Positions 36,159-42,910 of a stretch of 42,910 nucleotides of DNA are shown piece by piece; positions within the stretch are counted from its first letter, which is position 1, and every line of letters starts with the position of its first letter. The notes beneath the pieces were generated by a model. The model worked only from the letters and a program-made list of their open reading frames with translations. It searched no databases and was not told the DNA's origin. Made by a program: the position numbers and the translations under genes. Source of the DNA: an uncultured Candidatus Binatia bacterium (lineage in GTDB: Bacteria > Desulfobacterota > Binatia > HRBIN30). The stretch is from NCBI GenBank assembly GCA_964528465.1, contig CAZGSN010000369.1, positions 1-42,910 on the forward strand, in the 5' to 3' direction.

Positions 36159-38486
36159 TCAGAACAGTGACAACTGCGCTGACGGTGTGGCGATGGCGGC
36201 AAAGCTCTTGCCGAGAAACCGTAGGATAGCGTCGGCGACGGGAGCGATTTGGTGCTGGATGTAGTGCTCGTAGTCCGGCCTTGCCGTGAGGTTGTCGAGC
36301 GGTTCTGGTCCGTTGTGCGTGACGATGTAGGCAACGATGCGCCCGCCCGGCTGCGGCTGCTTGCGCGCGGCTTTGACGTGAGCCGGCGTGGTTTTGGTGT
36401 AGGCTCGCAGATCCTTACGTACCGCCTTCTTGTAAACCAGTTGCGCGTCGAAACGGCCGGCGCGTAGGTCGCGCACAAAGTCGTGGATGAACTCATCGAC
36501 AGGCTCGTCATGGAAGACTCGCTGCAGCAAGCCGTGCTGGAATTGCTTGCTCACCTCGCTCCAATCGCGACGCACCGACTCTAGCCCGACGAACTCGATT
36601 TCCTCGCGCCCGGCTTTGACGAGCAAGCCGGCGTAGCGCTTCTTGCTGCCGGTCCGGCCGCTACGCACCTCGGGAAGAAAGAAGCGTTGGTAGAGCTTCT
36701 CGAATTCGAGTTCGAGAACGCTGTCGCAGTCGAACTCGCGGCGAATCATGCGGGCGACATCCGCCCCGATCTCCTCCGCGAGCCGCTCGCCTAAGGCAAG
36801 CGCGGCGTCTGCCTCACCCACCTGCGACAGGAGAAACAGCGAGTCGGTATCGCCGTACAGCACCTCGAAGCCACGTTGGCGCGCAAAGTCCGCCGTCTGC
36901 TGGATCAGGTATTGGCCAAAGCTGGTGATGGCATTGGCGACATCCGGAGAGAACAATCGCGACGCAGCGGCGCCAAGCACACCGTAGAACGAGTTCATCA
37001 AGATCTTGATGGCGTTGGCCTTGACCGTGTTGCCGAGGTACTTGGCTTGCTGGCGCTCGTCGGCCAACTGCGTCAGCAGTTGCGGCAGGATGCCGGGGCG
37101 ATCACGTCGAAAGCAGGCGCCGTTGGGCGCCCGGATAGCCCCGGCTTCCGGCTTGGCCGACAGCGTGAGCGGGTCCAAGTTGAAGGTGCGGATGATACTC
37201 GGATACAGGCTCTTGAAATCGAAGACGAGAACGTTCTCGTAAAGCCCGGGCTTCGAATCCATTACGTAGCCACCACCGAGATGCACAGTCGGCACTTGGG
37301 AATGCACCGACGGAGCAACGAAGCCGCGGTGGCGCAGGCTGCTCAGGTACAACGAATCGACGGAGGCGATGGCCGCGCCGACGCGATCGAGCTGCATACC
37401 GGTCAGCAGGCTGCGCTCCACAGCCAAGTCGACGAGGCCAACCTTGTCCAAGATCTCGAGCACCAGCCTGGCGTCTTGCAGGTTGTAGTCGATGAGATGC
37501 TGCGGATTGCTGCGATAGAGTTCGTCGATCTGCTCGGCCCGGTGGTCGCCGGCGAGAAGCTTCCCCTTGCCCAAGAAGGTGCGTGCCGCTGTTTCCAGCT
37601 TGTAATCGTCGAGACGTAGGAAGGCGCCGCGCAACATGGCGAGGCCGTCGAGCACCTGCCGTCCACATACGACGGCTCGTGACTCACGCGTGAAGGAAGC
37701 ATCCTTGCGCAAGTCGAGTACATCGTCGCTACGTCCGATGGCGAAACGCAATCCATAGCGCTGAGCGATGCGGGCCAGGCAAGCAAGATCGAAGTCGACG
37801 ACGTTCCAGCCGGTGATCACGTCGGGATTGATTGCCTGCACGTACTCCAGGAAGCGGCGAATGGCCGCCTTTTCGGAAGATACACGATCAGCGTGCTCGA
37901 AGTGGTCTTGATGCACGAGGATGGCCCGCTCGAAATCCGCCGTGCACAGGGCAATGGAATACAGATGCTCGGCCTTGGGATCGATCTCGATGTCGATCGA
38001 CAACACCTTCAGGTGCGGCACCCAGTGACACGGGCGCAAGACCGGATTGCGATACACGCGCCCCAGTCGTGCATGGGAGTGCGATGCCCCCTCGACCTCG
38101 AAACCGCCACGGATGCCCAGATCGATCAAATAGCGATAGGCGAAGCGCAGGTCGGCTTCGAAACAGCTCACGCCGCGAGCCTCGATGTGCTGGCGTAGCC
38201 GCGGCGCGTGGGCAGGACTGCGGAGGATCACTCGCGACACCGGCGTGTCGTCCAGGCCGCGCAAATCCGTAGGCTCGATGGTGGCGTCGGCAACACGCGA
38301 ACGAATCTCGGCGACGCGAGCGGTAGGAACAAAGAAGTACGGGTGGAAGCGATCGTCGATGACGAGGCAAGGCTCGCCACCTTCGAGCACGCCGTAGAGG
38401 TGAACTTCCGGCACCCCGTCTACGATCCGGTATGTAGGGGTAAGTAGAAAACCGCGCTCACTCGGGCGAAAGGATTCGGTGGTCAC
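36159..38486 (-). CDS. polB: Family B DNA polymerase (Pol II type)
   Basis: Exo motifs LSIDIEI and NVVDFD. Pol motif A DFKSLYPSII, motif B KILMNSFYGVLG, motif C YGDTDSLF, and KKRYAG. Confidence 0.92.
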   Translation of the reverse strand: MTTESFRPSERGFLLTPTYRIVDGVPEVHLYGVLEGGEPCLVIDDRFHPYFFVPTARVAEIRSRVADATIEPTDLRGLDDTPVSRVILRSPAHAPRLRQHIEARGVSCFEADLRFAYRYLIDLGIRGGFEVEGASHSHARLGRVYRNPVLRPCHWVPHLKVLSIDIEIDPKAEHLYSIALCTADFERAILVHQDHFEHADRVSSEKAAIRRFLEYVQAINPDVITGWNVVDFDLACLARIAQRYGLRFAIGRSDDVLDLRKDASFTRESRAVVCGRQVLDGLAMLRGAFLRLDDYKLETAARTFLGKGKLLAGDHRAEQIDELYRSNPQHLIDYNLQDARLVLEILDKVGLVDLAVERSLLTGMQLDRVGAAIASVDSLYLSSLRHRGFVAPSVHSQVPTVHLGGGYVMDSKPGLYENVLVFDFKSLYPSIIRTFNLDPLTLSAKPEAGAIRAPNGACFRRDRPGILPQLLTQLADERQQAKYLGNTVKANAIKILMNSFYGVLGAAASRLFSPDVANAITSFGQYLIQQTADFARQRGFEVLYGDTDSLFLLSQVGEADAALALGERLAEEIGADVARMIRREFDCDSVLELEFEKLYQRFFLPEVRSGRTGSKKRYAGLLVKAGREEIEFVGLESVRRDWSEVSKQFQHGLLQRVFHDEPVDEFIHDFVRDLRAGRFDAQLVYKKAVRKDLRAYTKTTPAHVKAARKQPQPGGRIVAYIVTHNGPEPLDNLTARPDYEHYIQHQIAPVADAILRFLGKSFAAIATPSAQLSLF

Positions 38487-38513
38487 GGTTACCAGGGTGG
38501 CTCACCCACCCAG

Positions 38514-40610
38514 CTAGGTGTTCGTGGAGGTGGGTAGGATATCGCGCAGGATCGGGGATGGGGTGGCCACGCTGGTAAGCCACAGTTGGTGCACGGCACG
38601 GGTTGCCCCCACATGCAACAAACGCCGCGCCGTCGGCGTATCGGGGAAGCTCGCGGCGCTGACCTCGACGAGCACAACGTAATCGAACTCCAGGCCCTTC
38701 ACCTGCTCCATTTCCGTAACTTCGATTCCAGGGGCAAAGGTGAAATCCTGATTCTCGACCCGACGCAGTTTGTCCACCTCGCAGTTGCTGAGACCGCGAT
38801 GATAGAGCCCACTAAGTTCGCGTGACGGTGTCAGCAGCGCCACCGAGGCCATTGGCTCCTTGCGGGTCAGCTCCTTCAAGGCGTCGGCAAGAAAGGCAAC
38901 GCAAGCGCCGTGGTCGGTAAAGCGAAAGAACTCCACCGGAGGCCCGGAGCGGGTGGTAACCGGCGGGGTCGAATCCTCACGCAGGTCCCCCAGCAAGGCC
39001 ACGGCGAATGTCGCGATCTCGTGTGAGCAGCGATAGCTGATGACGAGCGTGTCGACGGCTGTGCCCGCCAGACCCAGATTGGTGAAGAAGCTGGCCCACG
39101 AGGTAAAGCCGCCGTCCTTGACCACGTGCTGTTGGGTGTCGCCGGCGAGGGTGATGCTCTGGCGCTCGTCCAAGCAACCGAGCAGCACCTGCACTTCGAT
39201 AGGTGAAAAGTCTTGCACCTCGTCGATGGCGATGTGGCGATAGCGCAGCGGCCGCTGTGGAGCGGCGGGCAGTGGTCCCATACGCATCTGCCAAGCACGC
39301 AACAACAACGTGTCATCTTCGGGATCCAACTCCGCGTGCGACGACACGTCTCCTTCACTCCAAGCGACGACCTCGTGGCAACGTTCGCGATTCCAACTCG
39401 CGGCGCGCACCAACTCATCCGTGGTGAAGGCGTCTGGGGCTACCTGCGCGAAGACTTCTTCCAGCAAGGGCGCTTGGCTGAGCACGCTGGCCCAGTCGTC
39501 GATGACCTGCTCCACCGTCGGCAGGCCCGGGTTGCGGGCAATCTGCCGCTCCAGCGCGGCAATGAGACCCGAGTGCAGCTTCAAGCGATGCACGACGGCG
39601 GGCGGATTGTCGCGCATCTTGCGCGGCAACTTAGGGAAGAGGCGGCGAACCTGCTCGGCAGCCCACTCCTGAAAGGTGCGCACTTGCACCTTGTGCACAC
39701 CCAACGCCGGCAATACGTGGCTCACATAGTCGCGCAAAGCACGCGAGAACACCACCACGAGAGTCTGATTCGAATCGATTTGCGCATCATCGTAAGCCAG
39801 GTAGGCAATGCGGTGCAGGGCCACGGTGGTCTTGCCCGAGCCAGCGGTGCCGCGAATCACCACAAAACCGGCCGACGGGCGGGTAATGAGATCGAACTGT
39901 GTGGAGTCAATCAGGCCGGCGATGTCGGGAAGGTGCTTGTCCGAACGCTGGCTAGCGCCGCGGAGATCGGTGCCAAGGCGGCGATGATCCCCTTCACTTT
40001 CCGCATACGAACGCATGGCGGCACCTTCGCCACCCATGAGTTGCGGCGGCTGGCGCTGCAACTCGGCCCAACCATCGTCGGTAGTCTGATCGGCCCGAAA
40101 CAAACCCTCCGGGGCGTCGATGCGTTGTAGGCGGCGACTGCGAATGGTCACCGTACGGCGCGCCACCACTTCTCCGCTCAGAGTGCGGCCGGCGATCTCC
40201 TCTTCATATTCGTCACCCTGCTGATAGCGGTAGAAGATGCGCGAGATGGGCGCGTTGCGCCAATCGACGATGCGCACGCCGCGTTGCAGGCGAGTTGCCT
40301 TGCCGAGTAGGACGTCACGCTCGACGCCGTTTTCCTTCAGACGCAGGTGCGCAAAGTAGGGAGAATCCGGATTCACCTGCGGAGCTTGGCGCGCCGCGCG
40401 CAACTGCTCGAGCAAGGCCACTTGGCGGTTCCACTGCTGCAGCAAGGCGGGTTGGTCCTCGGTCTTGGCCCCCTGCATCATCTCCCGTAGGCGCGTCAGC
40501 TCCTCCACGAGCGAGGATTCCGACGGCGCCGATGAGGTCGGCGCTTCGGTCAGCAGCGTGTTCACCTGCTCCAGGAGAAGCAGCTCGTCTGCAACAATTG
40601 GATGTGGCAC
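38514..40610 (-). CDS. helD: UvrD-like SF1 helicase of the HelD / helicase IV type
   Basis: GTG start. N-terminal coiled region, then RIVDWRNAPISRIFY (HelD-type motif as I remember it). Walker A GTAGSGKTT, Walker B IAIDEVQD, and C-terminal GLEFDYVVL. Only 27 nt separate it from polB. Confidence 0.75.
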   Translation of the reverse strand: MPHPIVADELLLLEQVNTLLTEAPTSSAPSESSLVEELTRLREMMQGAKTEDQPALLQQWNRQVALLEQLRAARQAPQVNPDSPYFAHLRLKENGVERDVLLGKATRLQRGVRIVDWRNAPISRIFYRYQQGDEYEEEIAGRTLSGEVVARRTVTIRSRRLQRIDAPEGLFRADQTTDDGWAELQRQPPQLMGGEGAAMRSYAESEGDHRRLGTDLRGASQRSDKHLPDIAGLIDSTQFDLITRPSAGFVVIRGTAGSGKTTVALHRIAYLAYDDAQIDSNQTLVVVFSRALRDYVSHVLPALGVHKVQVRTFQEWAAEQVRRLFPKLPRKMRDNPPAVVHRLKLHSGLIAALERQIARNPGLPTVEQVIDDWASVLSQAPLLEEVFAQVAPDAFTTDELVRAASWNRERCHEVVAWSEGDVSSHAELDPEDDTLLLRAWQMRMGPLPAAPQRPLRYRHIAIDEVQDFSPIEVQVLLGCLDERQSITLAGDTQQHVVKDGGFTSWASFFTNLGLAGTAVDTLVISYRCSHEIATFAVALLGDLREDSTPPVTTRSGPPVEFFRFTDHGACVAFLADALKELTRKEPMASVALLTPSRELSGLYHRGLSNCEVDKLRRVENQDFTFAPGIEVTEMEQVKGLEFDYVVLVEVSAASFPDTPTARRLLHVGATRAVHQLWLTSVATPSPILRDILPTSTNT

Positions 40611-40829
40611 AGGGCGGCTATCCTAACGAGTTGCGCGTGCCAGGTATAGATACGTTTGCCAAATCCGAGGGTTCCCGGTACGCCGGTGCTTTGCTCGCCG
40701 ATTCGAGGCGACGCCCCTTGGCGACGCCGCCAGAGTCCTTCGATACACCTCCCTACGCGACGATACCGAAGGAAAACGTCCGCAAGAGGTACTAAGCGCG
40801 TTGCTTGCGACTCCCCTTACCCAAACGCC

Positions 40830-41204
40830 TTAGCTGGCTATCTCGGTGGCGAACCCGGCTTCGGTCCATTCTCGCCAGCCGCCGTCCATCGACACCACGT
40901 TGGTGTACCCCATCTGCTGCAGGTTGTCGGCGGCGAGGGCGGAACGAAAGCCGCCGCCGCAGTACAAGACCAGAGGCGTGTTCGGGTCGGGGAAGACGGC
41001 TTCGACATCGCGTTCGAGGATGCCCTTGGACAAATGCCGCGCCCCAGGTAGCCGACCGCGCGCGAATTCACTCTCTTCGCGCACATCCACGAGCGCCAAG
41101 CGGTCGCCGCGATCGAGCATCGCCTTGACGTCGTGGATGGTAACTTCACGGATGCGTTGCTTGGCGTCGTCGACGATCTTCAGAAATCCTGGCGCGTGCT
41201 TCAT
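40830..41204 (-). CDS. Single-domain rhodanese-like sulfurtransferase
   Basis: 124 aa with the active-site loop YCGGGFRS, plus VDVREESEF and GGWREW. Confidence 0.88.
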   Translation of the reverse strand: MKHAPGFLKIVDDAKQRIREVTIHDVKAMLDRGDRLALVDVREESEFARGRLPGARHLSKGILERDVEAVFPDPNTPLVLYCGGGFRSALAADNLQQMGYTNVVSMDGGWREWTEAGFATEIAS

Positions 41205-42400
41205 GCGATCAACTCCACGGGTAGACTGGTGACACCACGAAAAATAAAGCTGGGATGGATGGGCAACGGCGCGGTGTCGGAGCGGCGGAAATCCTTGGTT
41301 CGCCGCAACAGCTCACGCACCGCCACCAAGCCTTCGAGTCGCGCCAGGTTGGCGCCAAGACAGTAATGCGGACCGAAGCCGAATGAGATGTGACGGATGT
41401 CCTCACGATGGATGTTGAAGGACTCGCCATTGGGAAAGAAATGCTCGTCGCGATTGGCAGAGCCGAGCCACAGCAACGCAAACGAGCCTTTGGGAATCAC
41501 CTGATCACACATTGTGGTTTCCTGGGTGAGGTAGCGGACGTCAGCCTGCACCGGGGATGCGAAACGCAAGATCTCTTCCATGGCGTTGGGGAGGAGCTCC
41601 GGCCGCGCGCGCAGCTCGGCCGCGGCAGCAGGATGGTCCATGAGCACCTGGGCTGCATTGCCAATCAGGTTGGTGGTGGTCTCATTGCCGGCCACTAACA
41701 GCAGGATGAGCATTTGCAGCATCTCGTCGAAGGTGAGGCGGGAGCCTTCTAACTCGGCAGCGACAAGGCCCGACAGCAAGTCCTCGCGCGGCTCGTATCG
41801 GCGTTGCTCTGCCAGCGGGGTGAAATATTCGCGCATGGCCTCGATGATGCGCACCTGCTTCGCCATTCGTTCCTGCGAAGGTGGTTCGAGAATGCCACCG
41901 CCCAGGTCGGCGACCAAAGCATCCGACCATTCCTTGAATTGCGGCAAGTCGTCGGTGGGCACGCCGATCATCTCGGCAATCACAATCACCGGCAACGGAT
42001 AGGTGAGAACCTCTACCAAGTCGACGTGCCCCTTTGCCAAGGCTTTATCCATGAGGTCGCGGGCGATTTCTTCCATGCGCGGCTCGAGGCGGCGAATGAC
42101 CCGTGGCGTGAAGGCCTGGCTAACCAAGCCGCGCAAGCGCGTGTGCTCGGGAGCATCCACCATGATCATGCTCGGCGGCAGATGCTGCGGCCGCTCCATG
42201 CCCGGCGGCATGGGAAAAGAACTCGACCACAGAGACGCATCTTTCAAAACCGACAGAATCGCCTCGTAACGAAACACCGATACCACCGGCAGCCCTGGAT
42301 GCTGATACACCGGATACTCCCGCCGGGCGCGTGCATAGAGTTCGTAGGGAGCACGGCGTGTGTCGATATCGAATGGGTTGAAAGCAAAAGGCTTCGGCAT
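41201..42400 (-). CDS. Cytochrome P450
   Basis: Heme loop FGFGPHYCLGANLA, I-helix LLVAGNETT, and ExxR in EEILRF. The internal ATG at 42400 (MPKPFAFNPFD) is preferred. The stop overlaps the rhodanese ATG (ATGA). Confidence 0.9.
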   Translation of the reverse strand: MPKPFAFNPFDIDTRRAPYELYARARREYPVYQHPGLPVVSVFRYEAILSVLKDASLWSSSFPMPPGMERPQHLPPSMIMVDAPEHTRLRGLVSQAFTPRVIRRLEPRMEEIARDLMDKALAKGHVDLVEVLTYPLPVIVIAEMIGVPTDDLPQFKEWSDALVADLGGGILEPPSQERMAKQVRIIEAMREYFTPLAEQRRYEPREDLLSGLVAAELEGSRLTFDEMLQMLILLLVAGNETTTNLIGNAAQVLMDHPAAAAELRARPELLPNAMEEILRFASPVQADVRYLTQETTMCDQVIPKGSFALLWLGSANRDEHFFPNGESFNIHREDIRHISFGFGPHYCLGANLARLEGLVAVRELLRRTKDFRRSDTAPLPIHPSFIFRGVTSLPVELIA

Positions 42401-42591
42401 GCGCGAACAGTGGCACAGCCGAGTTTGTCGGTCCAGACGGGATGGGCTGCCCGGTGCACCGCAACACCGGGCGGACGTGCCGTTGGCGAGCACAAACGCA
42501 CCGAAACGTGCTGAATTGGGGCGCCTCGTCGATTGCAGGTTCCTATGTGAGTTGTTGTAGAAGCCCCGGCGGCTGTGTAGAGGCTCCAAGC

Positions 42592-42910
42592 ATGCTCGCT
42601 CTTCCGGTCGTGATTCGATTTGCTCCCTGCCCTGTCAGAGTCGGGCTGCTTCTGCTCCTAATTCTACTCGCGGTAGGGTGCCATGGTTCGTGTGCTCCCG
42701 AGGATCCAAATCTTCCCGCAAGTGTTCCCGAGTCGGTGCGGCGCCTGGCCATGGCACCCGAGAGTCTTGGGGGAGAGGCGGAGGGCGAAGAGCAGCGCGA
42801 ACTCGAAGATGAGTTGCGCGAGCGTCAAAAGGCCTTGGCCGCACTGCAAGCCTACAAGACTGAATCGTGTGCTGCGGCTACCGCCAAGATGGAAGCGGCG
42901 TTGCACAGGG
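42592..42910 (+). CDS. Putative lipoprotein, N-terminal part; open at the right edge
   Basis: Absent from the ORF track because there is no stop. My translation is MLALPVVIRFAPCPVRVGLLLLLILLAVGCHGSCAPEDPN...EEQRELEDELRERQKALAALQ, a hydrophobic signal with the lipobox-like LAVGC. Confidence 0.45.
   Translation, partial: MLALPVVIRFAPCPVRVGLLLLLILLAVGCHGSCAPEDPNLPASVPESVRRLAMAPESLGGEAEGEEQRELEDELRERQKALAALQAYKTESCAAATAKMEAALHR

Noticed and set aside
36159-38486. PolB as the core of a self-replicating mobile element (casposon or pipolin)
   Set aside because: There is no Cas1, integrase or recombinase, no terminal inverted repeats and no flanking tRNA in the window. The polymerase has the standard exonuclease and KKRYAG/YGDTDS motifs of chromosomal, primer-dependent Pol II-type enzymes.
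40611-40829. sigma54-type promoter (TGGCAC) upstream of the HelD-like gene
   Set aside because: On the reverse strand TGGCAC is present, but the required TTGC element at the fixed 5-nt spacing is absent (the sequence reads GCGCA-ACTC). It was not called.

Overview
GC-rich bacterial chromosomal window (about 60% GC by eye, not computed), probably from an uncultured lineage. Weak hints point to a deltaproteobacterial, Myxococcota or Binatota-like origin: a Cys-flanked dockerin-like GDCDG..VTIDELV secreted protein, many REP-like intergenic repeats and leaderless-looking promoters. I found no rRNA, tRNA, CRISPR array, transposase or integrase.

Gene content from left to right:
1. A non-canonically ordered complex I fragment on the minus strand (nuoB, short nuoG, nuoI, nuoC), then an aldehyde dehydrogenase.
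2. A housekeeping block (folE, class V aminotransferase, serA, purA, HAD hydrolase) interrupted by a HepT/MNT toxin-antitoxin cassette flanked by a perfect 14-bp direct repeat.
3. A GT-C-like membrane protein, a DUF2238 protein, and a VapBC pair divergent from a 1282-aa SWIM/SNF2 ATPase.
4. A MAPEG protein, a TraB/Tiki-like hypothetical, and an AraC-regulated aromatic hydroxylation and meta-cleavage cluster split by a REP pair.
5. A methyltransferase plus secreted protein bracketed by inverted copies of a ~120-nt repeat family.
6. A CarH-type B12 photoreceptor regulator heading an operon of an unknown small ORF, a YfcH-SRPBCC fusion, a chalcone-isomerase-like protein and DUF2878.
7. A minimal orthocaspase followed by a signal-less LysM, lysozyme-like and phospholipase C fusion.
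8. A HelD-like helicase followed by family B DNA polymerase, then P450 translationally coupled to a rhodanese, and a partial lipoprotein.

The best candidates for something undescribed are the caspase plus envelope-lytic fusion pair and the CarH-headed operon with its uncharacterised 120-aa ORF.

All calls rest on motif recognition in the supplied translations and on my own reading of the DNA. No database search was run. Many long ORFs in the track are antisense or out-of-frame shadows typical of GC-rich DNA and were rejected.
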